Shown piece after piece: positions 1 through 10,253 of a DNA stretch of 64,000 bases. The notes beneath the pieces were generated by a model that was given only the letters and a program-made list of their open reading frames with translations, did no database searches and had not been told where the DNA came from. Position numbers and translations under genes: made by a program. Every line of letters begins with the position of its first letter. Positions within the stretch are counted from its first letter, which is position 1. Location: the IMG/VR virus record IMGVR_UViG_3300046694_000296, positions 124,001 to 188,000 of that record; one strand, written 5' to 3'.

Positions 1-1797
1 GTCCACACGCCGTTCCTCGACGTCGAGGCGATCGCCGAGGGCGTGCTCAAAGACAGCCAGCTGATCCCGGCGCTGAAAACGCGTATCGATCTGGTGGATG
101 CGCCTGAGTCGATCATCGGCTCGGTGAATCAGCGCTTGGCCGACGCGAAGACGAAGCTCTCGGGCGACCTGACGGCCGCAATCGCCAACGAGCAGACGCT
201 CCGACAGGGCGCGGACAACAGCATGGCCGCGCAGATCACGACGCTTGTGTCAGCGAGCAACGCGAACACGGCGGCGATCACCTCCGAGCAGACCGCGCGC
301 ACGACCGCTGATACGGCGCTCTCCACGCGCATCGACACGATTGCGGCCAACACGGGGAACAACACGGCCGCAGTGCAGGCGGAAGCTACCGCGCGCACGA
401 ACGCCGACACGGCGCTCGCCACGCAGATCAACACGGTGGCCGCGGCCTACGGCGTCGATGCGTCGAACCTGTGTGCAAACCCGGTGGCCGCCGGCGGCTC
501 GAACGCGGGCTGGAGCAACAACACGGCAGTGGGCGGCACGACGCTCGACGTCCCGCTGCAGGCGCCCGCGGCCTACGTGTTCAAGCAGAACGTTCGGGAC
601 AACCGCTACACCACGCGCACGGTGCCGGTGACCGGCGGACAGACGCACTATCTGGAGATGCGCGCAGCGACGCCGGTCGCCGCCGTGCCGATCTATCTCG
701 GGCTGCACCTTACCGGCCCGGGCAAGACTGACTTCTACGCCTGGGCGGGCTCGCTCACGGCAACGAGCGCATGGACGCGCGTGGCGGGCACGGTCACGAT
801 CCCCGACGGTTACACGACCGCCGAGCTCTACGTGCTGATTGATTTCGCCGCAGGCTCGGCCAACGACAAGAACCGCTGGTATTACACCGACGTCGAATGG
901 CGCGCCGCCTCGCTCGTGCAGCCGGCAATGGCCGCCATCAGCACCGAGCAAACCGCGCGGGCCTCCGCCGACAGCGCGCTCTCGACCCGTATCGACAGCG
1001 TGAATGCGTCGCTTGGCACGACCAACGCGAACGTGCAGACCGAGATCAACGCCCGCGTGGCGGGGGACAGCGCGAACGCGAGCTCCATCACGCAGATCAA
1101 CTCGACGCTCGGCAGCCATACGGCCTCGATTAGCACCCAGCAAAGCTCGATCAACGGACTGAACGCGCAATACACGGTCAAGATCGACAACAACGGCTGG
1201 GTGAGCGGCTTCGGTCTTGCGTCGTATCCGATCAACGGCGGCTTCGTGAGCGAGTTCGCGGTGCACGCGCAGAAGTTCTCGGTGTGGATTCCCGGCTACC
1301 CGGGCGTTCAGCCGTTCACGATCGGCGTGGTCAACGGCCAGCCCCGCGTCATCATCAGCAGCGCGCTGATCGGCGACGCGTCGATCAACCGCGCGATGAT
1401 CGGCTACGCGCAGGTCAACGAGGAACACGTCGGCTACGCGGCGATCAAGACCGCGCATATCGGCGAAGCGCAGATTGACACCCTGCGCATCGGCGCGAAT
1501 GCAGTCACGACGATGGTGGCCTTCGCCGGCACTGGCAACTGGACGTATCAGTCGAGCGGCGGTCAAGTGGTGGTCATGATCTCGGCCATTTGCGGCACGA
1601 CCGGCGCCGGGCAGACTCCGATTTCAGGCGCGGCTACGGTGACCGTGGGCGGCATTTCGGCAGGCGTGCAAGCGGTCTATACCACGCGCTGCGCTTCCTT
1701 CACTCAGGCTACGCTGGGTGCCGGCGCGTTCGGAGTGAGCGTCACCGCATCCGGCGCCAGCGCTGTCTTTGTAGTCATTCTTGAGGCAAAACGATGA
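1..1797 (+). CDS. Tail tip/host-specificity protein (J-like), C-terminal part; 5' truncated by the window
   Basis: Frame open from base 1; coiled-coil repeats (EQTARxxADxAL), a beta-sandwich carbohydrate-binding-like insert, and the DUF1983-like segment AQYTVKIDNNGWVSGFGL. Confidence 0.8.
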   Translation, partial: VHTPFLDVEAIAEGVLKDSQLIPALKTRIDLVDAPESIIGSVNQRLADAKTKLSGDLTAAIANEQTLRQGADNSMAAQITTLVSASNANTAAITSEQTARTTADTALSTRIDTIAANTGNNTAAVQAEATARTNADTALATQINTVAAAYGVDASNLCANPVAAGGSNAGWSNNTAVGGTTLDVPLQAPAAYVFKQNVRDNRYTTRTVPVTGGQTHYLEMRAATPVAAVPIYLGLHLTGPGKTDFYAWAGSLTATSAWTRVAGTVTIPDGYTTAELYVLIDFAAGSANDKNRWYYTDVEWRAASLVQPAMAAISTEQTARASADSALSTRIDSVNASLGTTNANVQTEINARVAGDSANASSITQINSTLGSHTASISTQQSSINGLNAQYTVKIDNNGWVSGFGLASYPINGGFVSEFAVHAQKFSVWIPGYPGVQPFTIGVVNGQPRVIISSALIGDASINRAMIGYAQVNEEHVGYAAIKTAHIGEAQIDTLRIGANAVTTMVAFAGTGNWTYQSSGGQVVVMISAICGTTGAGQTPISGAATVTVGGISAGVQAVYTTRCASFTQATLGAGAFGVSVTASGASAVFVVILEAKR

Positions 1798-2195
1798 TTG
1801 AAAGCATCATGGCGGCAGCACCGACAGCGGGCTACGTCGATTTCGTGACGGTCGATGCAACGGGCCGCATCCTGAATTCGGCGCACATGCCGGAATCAAT
1901 GTTCAAGATCCAGGTGCCGCCGGATGGCTGCTCGCTGGTGCTCGGTCTGGGCGACCCCGAAACACACTACGTGGCGGGCGGCGCGGTCGCCCCGCGCCCG
2001 GCCTGTCCTGCCGTGCTCGACGGCATGACGCTCACGAACCTGCCCGCGCCGTGCACGATCACCCTCGAAGGGGTCGACTACGCATGCACGGACGACACCT
2101 GTGAGCTTTCGTTCAGCCACGCGGGCGCCTTTTCGGTCAAGGTCACGCCGGCCTGGCCGATGCTCGACGCCACTTTTGAGGTTACGCAAGCATGA
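1794..2195 (+). CDS. Tail-associated hypothetical protein
   Basis: ATGA overlap with the tail tip gene; high-GC codon usage. Confidence 0.7.
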   Translation: MIESIMAAAPTAGYVDFVTVDATGRILNSAHMPESMFKIQVPPDGCSLVLGLGDPETHYVAGGAVAPRPACPAVLDGMTLTNLPAPCTITLEGVDYACTDDTCELSFSHAGAFSVKVTPAWPMLDATFEVTQA

Positions 2196-2380
2196 AGATC
2201 CACCACAAGATCGACGTTGCACCGCGCCGCGCGGCCGACTACATGCCGATCGGCGAGCAGCTGGACGCGCTCATGAAGGGGCTCGCGGCGCTGAAAGAGC
2301 AGGGCGTCGCGCTGCCGCCCGAGACGGTCGCGTGGATCGAGCACTGCCAGAGCGTGAAAGCTGCACACCCGAAAGCCTGA
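2192..2380 (+). CDS. Small tail-associated protein
   Basis: ATGA overlap; Y-P-IGEQLDAL...VKA-HPK motif common in tail-fibre accessory proteins. Confidence 0.7.
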   Translation: MKIHHKIDVAPRRAADYMPIGEQLDALMKGLAALKEQGVALPPETVAWIEHCQSVKAAHPKA

Positions 2381-2451
2381 TTAGTTTGCCTAGTAAGTAA
2401 CCCGTGACTTACAATCGAGGAGATAACAGTCTCTTCGACAAGGGTTCCTGC

Positions 2452-5400
2452 ATGGCTCAGCTCAAGCAAGTTTGCACCGTCACCAACGGCTCGCAGACGG
2501 TAACGGTGATTGGCGTGAATGTGGCTTACCGCATTCGCGCCAACAATATCTTCATGACGTCGCCGGACCTCGTGCCTTATACGGTCGCGAAGGATGCCGA
2601 GTTCGACGGCACGAACACCGTGGTCACGCTCGCGGCGAGCTATCAGGGCGACTCCGGCGCGATGGCGCAGGGCGTCTTCGTCACCGACTTCACCTACCCG
2701 GACAATATCCCGCTCATCAGCCAGGGCGACGTCGGCACGGCCGCGATCTGGACCAAGGCGATGTATCAGCTGCAGGAGATGATCGGCAGCGTGACGCCGG
2801 CGGGCCTGACTGCGTTCATCACCCAGATCAACGCCACGCAGAAGGCGGCAGCCGACGCGCGCGACGCAGCGTTAGCTTCCCAGACCGCCGCGAAGACGAG
2901 CGAGACGAACAGCAAGACCTCCGAGACGAACGCTGCGGCCAGCAAGACGGCGGCGAAGACCTCCGAGACGAATGCCAAGACCTCGGAAACGAATAGCAAG
3001 ACCAGCGAAACGAATAGCGCCGCGAGCGCGAAGGCGAGCGCCGATAGCGCGACCGCATCGGCCAACAGCGCGACCGCATCGGCGGGCTCAGCCACGGCCG
3101 CCGGCACCAGCGAGCGCAATGCCTCGGGCTCGGCCGCAGCAGCCTTGGCTTCGCAGGGCGCGGCGAAGACCAGCGAGACGAATAGCAAGACGAGCGAGAC
3201 GAATGCCTCGGGTTCGGCCGCGGCCGCGCTTGCTTCGCAGGGTGCAGCGAAGACCTCCGAGACGAACGCGAAAACTTCCGAGACAAACGCCAAGACCTCG
3301 GAAACAAATAGCAAGACCAGCGAAACCAACGCGAAGACGTCCGAGACGAATGCCGCGGCATCCGCCGGTGCGGCCGCTGCCGACCGCGCGACGGTGCAGG
3401 GCATCCTCAAGACGATGAACGCGCTGTATCTCGGCAAGAAGGCTTCGGACCCGACGACCGACAACAACGGCGATCCGCTGCAAGTCGGCGCGGAATACTG
3501 GAACGTCACCAAGGCGCTGATGCGCGTCTACACCGCCTCGGGCTGGCGTGATGAAGATGCGGACGCCCAGACGCAGGCCGCGAACGCGACGGCAAGCGCG
3601 TCGGCAGCGGCGGGCTCCGCCGCAGCGGCCTCGACCAGCGCCGCCAATGCCTCGACCAGCGAGCAGAACGCGAAGACGTCCGAGACGAATTCGAAGACCT
3701 CGGAAACGAACGCCAAGACCTCCGAGCAAGCCGCCGCCGCAAGCAAGCAGGCCGCCGCGACCTCAGAAGGCAATGCCAAGACCAGCGAGACGAACGCCAA
3801 GACCAGCGAGCAGAATGCCGCGGCCAGCGCCGCACATGCGGATCAGGTGGCGGCCACGATCGGCAACCCGGTGTCGAAGAACGGCGACACCATGACGGGC
3901 GACCTGTGGGTTGACGGAGCAAAGCTGCAAAGCACCCGCTACGGCACGGGCGGCGCGGTTGTCCTGCGCGGCACAAGTGGCACGCAGGCGTCGCCGACTG
4001 CGCTCGCGGCGGGAAGCCAGTCGGGCATCGTGGCATTCCGCGGCTATGACGGCGCGAATTATCAGGACATGGCCTCCATCGACGCATGGGCGGATGCTGA
4101 CGTCTCTAGCACCGCCTCTGCTGGGCAGCTTCGCTTTTCGACGACGCCAGCGGGTTCTGTCAACAAGACCGAGCGGATGCGCATCACGAGCACGGGACGG
4201 GTGCTCATCGGCACCGTGACCGATGACGGCTCGAACATGCTGCAGGTGGCGGGCAGCGTCGCCATCGGCGGCAACCAGACGTTCACGAACACGACGAACA
4301 GCACCATCGGCTCGATCTCGTCCAGCGCATACGCGGGCGGCCTGTCGATCGAAGCCTTCAACGTTGGCAACACGGCGAAGAAGAACCTGGCGCTCTCGCC
4401 GTGGGGCGGTCGCGTGCTCGTGGGAACGGCAACCGATGACGGCGCGACGCTGTTGCAGGTCAATGGCGCGGGCAAGTTCGCCGGCCAGCTCGTGACGGCG
4501 TATGCGAATCCGATCAACTACCTGAACGACACGAGCGGCAGCGGCGCGGCCGATCTTCGCTTCCAGTCGAACGCGGTGACGCGCTGGAGCATCCAGAAGA
4601 GCTCGGCGAACAACTTCAACCTCGCGCGCTTCGATTCGACCGGCGTGTTCGTCGACAATCCGCTGTCGTTCGCCACGGCAACGGGCATTGGCACGTTCAC
4701 GCAAGTGCCGGTTCATCCGACTGCAGCCGCCTACGACAATGGCACGAACAGCGCGACGACCGCCTTCGTCTATGCGAACGCGATGGGGCTGCGCGCGCCG
4801 CTCGGCGGCTCGGTGGATCTGAACACCATCACCACGTCCGGCGTCTATCACCAGCCGACCAACGCCAACGCGACGACGGCGCTGAACTACCCGACGACGA
4901 ACGCCGGCATGCTTGAGGTCTACACCTCCGGCAGCATGACGTATCAGACCTACACGCGTTATGACACCGGCGTGAAATACACGCGCTCCTATTACAACGG
5001 GACGTGGTATGCGTGGAAGCAGCTGGTGGACACGGCCAACGCATCGACGATCACCGGTGCGACGACGTTCTCCGGCACGACCTCGTTCTCTGGCGCTTCG
5101 ACCTTCACGGGCGGCGTGACCACGAACGCAGCAGCCATCGAAGGCGGCGCGGCCTACAGCACGCTCTACTTCCGCAACGGCGGCAAGGATCGCTGGCAGA
5201 TCTACAAGGACAACGTCGCTGAGTCCACCGGCAACGCTGGCGGCAACTTTGGCATCAACGCGGTCGCAGATAACGGCACGACGTCGTTCCAAGTCCTGAC
5301 GATCAACCGCGCGACCTACCAGATGCAGCTTAACGGCGGTCTGCAGAACAACGGCACCGGCCAGAAGGCGGGCCTGCTGATGCAGAACACGACCGCCTCG

Positions 5401-6888
5401 ACCGGACGCAAGTGGAGCGTCTACTCGAACGACGGCGGCAGTTTCGTCCTCGGCGATGAAACGGCCGGCATTGCGCGTCTCGCGGTGAACAGCAACGGTC
5501 TATTCGGCATGACGGGCGATCTCCAGCTCAATGCCGCAGGCACCACCAACTTCAGCTACCGCCTGTTGTTCGTCAACGGCAGCTATGCGCCGTTCATGCG
5601 CAGTGACAATAACGGCAGCATTCAGGCTATCAACAGCGCGAACACGAACGTCAATCTGACGATTGCGGACAATGGCAACCTGACGGTGCGCGGTGTTGTC
5701 TACAGCCAGATCGGTCAGAACACTTCGTCCGGCGCCTTCCGCACGACGTCTGAAATCGGCGGGGCGTTTGTCGACTGGAGCAACAACCGCACCTTCGCCG
5801 TTCAGGTGGACGCGCCTAACGCCGGCTCGGCCTACGGCGGCATCCGTTGGACTCGCTGGGGCGCTCGTCATCTTGCCGCGATTGACGCCTACGAGGGCGG
5901 TTCTGCAAGCACTCAGCCGACGATCGTGTTCCACATCGGCACCCAGGGAAATGCGTGGACGTTCGGCAATACGGACATCACACGCGGCGCGGGCGGCTAC
6001 GTGTGGGGTTCGTGGAACTTCGACCCGAACTCGAAGCTGAGCACGGGCGGCGGCACGATCACTAACGAGCTGAACGTCTTGTGGAACGGGGATCAGGGCT
6101 ATCAAGGCCGCTTTGGACCCGGCTACGTGAAGCTCGCGCGCTATGACTATGGCGCATACATCGACCTGATGCGCTCGATGAACCAGGACTACCTGTGGCG
6201 CATCCATTACAACATCAACAACGACTATCTGGAGTTCATCCGAAACGGTAACCAGACCGTTTCCTTCAGCCCGGACGGCAACATCTACTCGCCGGCGGCG
6301 GGATGGATGTCAAACAAGGTCAACCGCACTGGCGACACGTTCAGCGGCACGGTGTGGTTCAACGGCGCGACGACCGCCGGCTATACCCAGTTCGGCTACA
6401 TCAACGCAGGCGCGGCATCGACCTACACCGGCGGCACGAACAACGGCACGTTCTCGATTTTCGCGGCCAACATGATCGCGGCCTCGCAGGTGTGGGCCGT
6501 GTCTGACCGACGTCTCAAGACCGACATCGAAGACGTGTCCGAAGACGACGCCGTGCGCTTTGTCGTCGAAGTCGCACCGAAGCGCTACCTCAAGGAAGGC
6601 GTGCGCGAGTGGGGCTATCTCGCGCAGGACGTGGGCAAGTCGATGGATGGCAAGGGCAGCGAACTTGTCACCCTCACCGAGCGCGAAGGCTTGGAAGAAG
6701 AGATCGACGACGACGGCTTCGTCTCGCCGGCCGATCACGCGCTCAACGTCAGCCACAACCAGATCATCCCGATTCACGGCGCGGTGCTTCGCAAGCTCCT
6801 ACGTGAAGCGGATGAACGCGACGCGCTGATGCAGAAGATGATGGCGCGCATCGAGTCGCTTGAAGCGGCACTCTCAAAGGCAGCATGA
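2452..6888 (+). CDS. Long tail fibre with C-terminal intramolecular chaperone (peptidase S74)
   Basis: KTSETNA heptad repeats, repeated GRVLxGTxTDDG modules, DLNTITTSGVY knob-like domain, SDRRLKTDI autocleavage motif and terminal coiled coil; ATG at 2452 preferred over GTG 2404, which lies within the operator/promoter. Confidence 0.88.
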   Translation: MAQLKQVCTVTNGSQTVTVIGVNVAYRIRANNIFMTSPDLVPYTVAKDAEFDGTNTVVTLAASYQGDSGAMAQGVFVTDFTYPDNIPLISQGDVGTAAIWTKAMYQLQEMIGSVTPAGLTAFITQINATQKAAADARDAALASQTAAKTSETNSKTSETNAAASKTAAKTSETNAKTSETNSKTSETNSAASAKASADSATASANSATASAGSATAAGTSERNASGSAAAALASQGAAKTSETNSKTSETNASGSAAAALASQGAAKTSETNAKTSETNAKTSETNSKTSETNAKTSETNAAASAGAAAADRATVQGILKTMNALYLGKKASDPTTDNNGDPLQVGAEYWNVTKALMRVYTASGWRDEDADAQTQAANATASASAAAGSAAAASTSAANASTSEQNAKTSETNSKTSETNAKTSEQAAAASKQAAATSEGNAKTSETNAKTSEQNAAASAAHADQVAATIGNPVSKNGDTMTGDLWVDGAKLQSTRYGTGGAVVLRGTSGTQASPTALAAGSQSGIVAFRGYDGANYQDMASIDAWADADVSSTASAGQLRFSTTPAGSVNKTERMRITSTGRVLIGTVTDDGSNMLQVAGSVAIGGNQTFTNTTNSTIGSISSSAYAGGLSIEAFNVGNTAKKNLALSPWGGRVLVGTATDDGATLLQVNGAGKFAGQLVTAYANPINYLNDTSGSGAADLRFQSNAVTRWSIQKSSANNFNLARFDSTGVFVDNPLSFATATGIGTFTQVPVHPTAAAYDNGTNSATTAFVYANAMGLRAPLGGSVDLNTITTSGVYHQPTNANATTALNYPTTNAGMLEVYTSGSMTYQTYTRYDTGVKYTRSYYNGTWYAWKQLVDTANASTITGATTFSGTTSFSGASTFTGGVTTNAAAIEGGAAYSTLYFRNGGKDRWQIYKDNVAESTGNAGGNFGINAVADNGTTSFQVLTINRATYQMQLNGGLQNNGTGQKAGLLMQNTTASTGRKWSVYSNDGGSFVLGDETAGIARLAVNSNGLFGMTGDLQLNAAGTTNFSYRLLFVNGSYAPFMRSDNNGSIQAINSANTNVNLTIADNGNLTVRGVVYSQIGQNTSSGAFRTTSEIGGAFVDWSNNRTFAVQVDAPNAGSAYGGIRWTRWGARHLAAIDAYEGGSASTQPTIVFHIGTQGNAWTFGNTDITRGAGGYVWGSWNFDPNSKLSTGGGTITNELNVLWNGDQGYQGRFGPGYVKLARYDYGAYIDLMRSMNQDYLWRIHYNINNDYLEFIRNGNQTVSFSPDGNIYSPAAGWMSNKVNRTGDTFSGTVWFNGATTAGYTQFGYINAGAASTYTGGTNNGTFSIFAANMIAASQVWAVSDRRLKTDIEDVSEDDAVRFVVEVAPKRYLKEGVREWGYLAQDVGKSMDGKGSELVTLTEREGLEEEIDDDGFVSPADHALNVSHNQIIPIHGAVLRKLLREADERDALMQKMMARIESLEAALSKAA
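2880..3830 (+). repeat. 21-bp coding tandem repeats (KTSETN[A/S]) in the tail fibre stalk
   Basis: Many copies of aagacc/agc-gagacgaac variants in two blocks (about 2880-3360 and 3640-3830). Confidence 0.85.
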
Positions 6889-7454
6889 CCATGCAGAACT
6901 TCCTCCTCTACGACCCGGCAACGGGCGCAGTCAACGGCGCGATCGCACTCCCCGAGGGGAGTGTTGCGCCGATGTCGAACATGATCGCGTGCACCGCGGA
7001 GCAGTCGGGCGAGGTCGACAGGTGGCGCGTCGATCTGTCGGGCGAGACGCCGGTGCTTGCCGAGATCGACGCCGCGACGCGCCTGAACACGCTCAAGGTG
7101 CAGCTCTCGGCATCCATTGACGCGCAGGTCGCCACCGTCTACTCGAGCTGGATGCGCTTTCAGGCCGAATACGAGTCGCGCGAGGCGGCCGCCCAAGCCT
7201 ACAAGGACGCCGGCTACTCGGGCGACGTCTCCCGGTGGATCTCCGGTTTCTCAGACGCCGCGAACAAGACGCCGCAGGAGGCCGCCGATCTGATTCTCGA
7301 ACAGTCGGTGAGTCTGCGTGGCGCACTCGAGGCGCTCGGCGCGCTACGCATGCGCAAATACGAAGTGCTGATGGCCGCCGATTGCGATGCGGCCGCCGCC
7401 ACGCACGCCTCGATTACCGCGGCGATCAACGCCGTTGCAGCAACCATTCACTGA
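6885..7454 (+). CDS. Tail fibre assembly/accessory protein
   Basis: Overlaps the fibre stop codon; helical C-terminal domain typical of fibre-adjacent chaperones. Confidence 0.65.
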   Translation: MTMQNFLLYDPATGAVNGAIALPEGSVAPMSNMIACTAEQSGEVDRWRVDLSGETPVLAEIDAATRLNTLKVQLSASIDAQVATVYSSWMRFQAEYESREAAAQAYKDAGYSGDVSRWISGFSDAANKTPQEAADLILEQSVSLRGALEALGALRMRKYEVLMAADCDAAAATHASITAAINAVAATIH

Positions 7455-7465
7455 CAGGAGCAGCG

Positions 7466-7936
7466 ATGAAGGTAGCGTTTTTCAAGGGCCGTCACCCGGG
7501 CGTGAAAGGGTGGCTGGGCGTGATGACGAAGTGGTGGACGGAAGGTCTGTATAGCCATGCGGAGCTCGTCGTCGGCAAGACCCCCGACGGCAAGCACATC
7601 TGCTGGAGCTCGACCTTCCTCGACGGCGGCGTGCGCCGCGCGGAGCTCGAGCTGGACCCGGCCGACTGGGACGTGTTTGATCTCCGCACGACGCCCGCGC
7701 AAGAGGCCGCGGCGCTCGCATGGTTCGAAGAGCACAAGGGCTTGCCGTATGACGTGCGCGGCCTCTTCGGCTTCGTGTGGCGCCGGGAAGAGGGCGAGAA
7801 GGAGAAGTGGTTCTGCTCCGAAGCCGTTGCGGCCGCACTCGGCTGGCCCGAAGCCTGGCGGTTCGACCCGAACACGCTCGCCGCGGTCATCAAGCCGATG
7901 GAGATCGACCCGAACTTCGTGGGGGTGCTCGCATGA
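7466..7936 (+). CDS. Permuted papain-like (NlpC/P60, YiiX/YaeF-like) protein
   Basis: YSHAELV...LPYD...WFCSEAVA motifs; GGAG RBS before ATG 7466. Confidence 0.7.
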   Translation: MKVAFFKGRHPGVKGWLGVMTKWWTEGLYSHAELVVGKTPDGKHICWSSTFLDGGVRRAELELDPADWDVFDLRTTPAQEAAALAWFEEHKGLPYDVRGLFGFVWRREEGEKEKWFCSEAVAAALGWPEAWRFDPNTLAAVIKPMEIDPNFVGVLA

Positions 7937-8481
7937 TCTACGTCCTGCTCACGCTGCTCAACCTCGTGTTCACGGGATTCGCCTACGTGCTGGCGCCGGT
8001 GGTCGCCCTCTTCTGCCGCGCCGACGGTTGGCTGCCCAAGTGGCTTGCGTGGTTCCAGACGTTTGACGCCTCGCTCGATGCGGGCTGGCGCGACGGCTAC
8101 TTCCCGGTGACAGGCACGCCGACCGGGCGAGCACGCTGGTGGCTGCGCACGAAGTGGCTATGGCGCAACCCGGCATACGGCTTTTGCTACTGGGCGATCG
8201 GCATCAACTTCGTGCCGGCCGACTGGGAGATCGTCAGCTTCGTGCGGCACGACGACGGCACATGCGACTTCCACGCGCGCACGAAGGACGGCCGCTACTT
8301 CAACCTGATGGCCGCGACGGGCACGAAGCTCGGCTGGAAGGCATGGAACTACTTCGACGGGCTCGATGAGGCCGGACAACCCAAGTGGAAGACATCGCCT
8401 TGGGGCCCGGCCTGGCGCACACCGATCTGCTTCACGCCGGGCAAGGGCTTCTTCGGCGCACTTTCGCGCCTGCGTGGATAA
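7933..8481 (+). CDS. Membrane-anchored phage protein
   Basis: N-terminal hydrophobic helix; WLWRNPAYGF motif; ATGA overlap. Confidence 0.65.
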   Translation: MIYVLLTLLNLVFTGFAYVLAPVVALFCRADGWLPKWLAWFQTFDASLDAGWRDGYFPVTGTPTGRARWWLRTKWLWRNPAYGFCYWAIGINFVPADWEIVSFVRHDDGTCDFHARTKDGRYFNLMAATGTKLGWKAWNYFDGLDEAGQPKWKTSPWGPAWRTPICFTPGKGFFGALSRLRG

Positions 8482-8556
8482 GTAACGACTGACTCACTAT
8501 AATGGGTGACGTGGCATCACAACACGTCACCCCTTTCACCTATCAAGGAGCATCAC

Positions 8557-8901
8557 ATGGCTATCTCGAAAGAAATCGTTCAGGAAGCAACCGGCGTCAC
8601 GCTCGCCCATCACGTCGTCATCAGCGTGACCGCCGACAAGGCCGGTCAGACCGTCACGGGCCAAGTCGCAAGCTACGTCTCGGCAGACGCAAAGGCAGCG
8701 GGCAAGCAGCCGGTGGGTGCACCGGCGTTCATCACGGTGTCGGGCTTGCCGGGCGCCAAGGAAAACGTGTTCTCGTTCTTCGAGAACCAGATCGTCGCGG
8801 CGCAACCGGCCGACGCCGCAAGCCAGCCTTCGGCAGCCTATGCCTTCGGCGGCGCGTCGCGCTACACGTTCGCGGGCGGCAGCGTCGTCGCGGATGCGTG
8901 A
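8557..8901 (+). CDS. Hypothetical protein
   Basis: AAGGAG RBS; upstream TATAAT and operator. Confidence 0.7.
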   Translation: MAISKEIVQEATGVTLAHHVVISVTADKAGQTVTGQVASYVSADAKAAGKQPVGAPAFITVSGLPGAKENVFSFFENQIVAAQPADAASQPSAAYAFGGASRYTFAGGSVVADA

Positions 8902-8987
8902 CAGATAAGTAAGCGGTAGCTTTACAGGGGCGGGCCTCGGCTGTTAACATCGCCCCTGTTTACACCATTCCGCGAGAGAGCGACGGC

Positions 8988-9320
8988 ATGAGTTTCACTG
9001 ACCCAAAAGACCAGGAGAACCTGATGACCATCGCCCGGGAAGTTGCCAAGGCGACCGTTGATGAGATGGGTGCTCGCCTGGACGAGCGCGACAAGAAGCT
9101 GCGCGAGAGCATCGTTGATGACGTGCGCAAGGAGCTGAAGTCCTACTTCGGCGAGCAGAAGCCGTCTGACCACCTGATCGAACACAACCGCATCGCCAAG
9201 TTCCTCACGTGGGTTGACGGCCTCGGCAAGAGCTTCTGGAGCTCGATCATCAGCAACGTGCTTCGCTCGGCCATTACCGGCGCTTTCGCGGTTTTCGTCT
9301 ACACGAAATGGAAGGGCTGA
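8988..9320 (+). CDS. Lysis-region membrane protein (holin/antiholin-like)
   Basis: C-terminal TM segment; first gene of the lysis cluster. Confidence 0.55.
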   Translation: MSFTDPKDQENLMTIAREVAKATVDEMGARLDERDKKLRESIVDDVRKELKSYFGEQKPSDHLIEHNRIAKFLTWVDGLGKSFWSSIISNVLRSAITGAFAVFVYTKWKG

Positions 9321-9325
9321 ACCCC

Positions 9326-9649
9326 ATGCGATTTCTGAACACCCTCAAGACCCTGCTGGACGATCGGCTGGTCATCATGCTGATCCCGGCGCTGTGCATC
9401 CTCGCGACCGACACGCCGGTGCTCTTCAGCCTCGGCTACGCGGTAGCGATCGTGGTTGCCATCGTCGCCGTCGCGCACTCGCTGCGCCTGCTCATCCTGC
9501 CGCACGTGCAGATGGGCGACCTCGTGCGCATGGCCGCATGTGACCCGCTGCCGGCCGCACTCGTGTTTGCCACCGTGCTCGGCTTCATGGGCCTCATCGT
9601 TCACGCGATGGTCGCCTGGATTCAGGCCGCCGCCGGCCATGTTGCCTAA
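9326..9649 (+). CDS. Putative holin
   Basis: About 107 aa with three hydrophobic segments, directly upstream of the endolysin. Confidence 0.65.
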   Translation: MRFLNTLKTLLDDRLVIMLIPALCILATDTPVLFSLGYAVAIVVAIVAVAHSLRLLILPHVQMGDLVRMAACDPLPAALVFATVLGFMGLIVHAMVAWIQAAAGHVA

Positions 9650-10253
9650 GCTCGCATCCCTCTATATCCCCGTGCTCGCAGCGCAGATCACCGCGCTGTG
9701 GCCCGCGATGCCCGCGCCCTCAACGCTCGCCGCACAGGTCGAGCAAGAGACTTGTGTCTCGCTCACGTCTACCCGCTGCTGGAACCCCAAGACCGAGCTC
9801 AAGACGAGCCGGGAATACGGGTTCGGCCTCGGCCAGCTCACCGTCACCCCGAAGTTCAACAACTTCGAGGCGGCGAAGGGCTGGGACAAGAGCCTCAAGG
9901 GCTGGAAGTGGGATGACCGGTTCGATCCGGCCATGCAGCTCAAGGCACTCGTCGCCTACGACCGCAACCTCTTCAACTCGATCAAGTTCGGCGCCACGCC
10001 CGAGGATCGCCTGCAGTTCACCTTCTCCGCCTACAACGGCGGGCTCGGCGGCGTCATCAACGACCGGCACGTGTGCATGGCGACCAAGGGCTGCAACCCC
10101 GACAAGTGGTTCGGCAACGTCGAGAAGACGAGCCTCAAGGCTCGCACGAAGGTGAAGGGCTACGGCCAGAGCTTCTTCGACATCAACCGCGGCTACGTGC
10201 GCTCGATCTGGTTCGACCGCCGCCAGCGCTACCTCTTCATGGACACGAAATGA
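9639..10253 (+). CDS. Endolysin, lytic transglycosylase (SLT family)
   Basis: QVEQET catalytic Glu, GLGQ motif, SAYNGG motif. Confidence 0.85.
   Translation: MLPKLASLYIPVLAAQITALWPAMPAPSTLAAQVEQETCVSLTSTRCWNPKTELKTSREYGFGLGQLTVTPKFNNFEAAKGWDKSLKGWKWDDRFDPAMQLKALVAYDRNLFNSIKFGATPEDRLQFTFSAYNGGLGGVINDRHVCMATKGCNPDKWFGNVEKTSLKARTKVKGYGQSFFDINRGYVRSIWFDRRQRYLFMDTK

Noticed and set aside
2452-7454. Diversity-generating retroelement or invertible tail fibre switch
   Set aside because: No reverse transcriptase, template repeat or invertase seen in the window.
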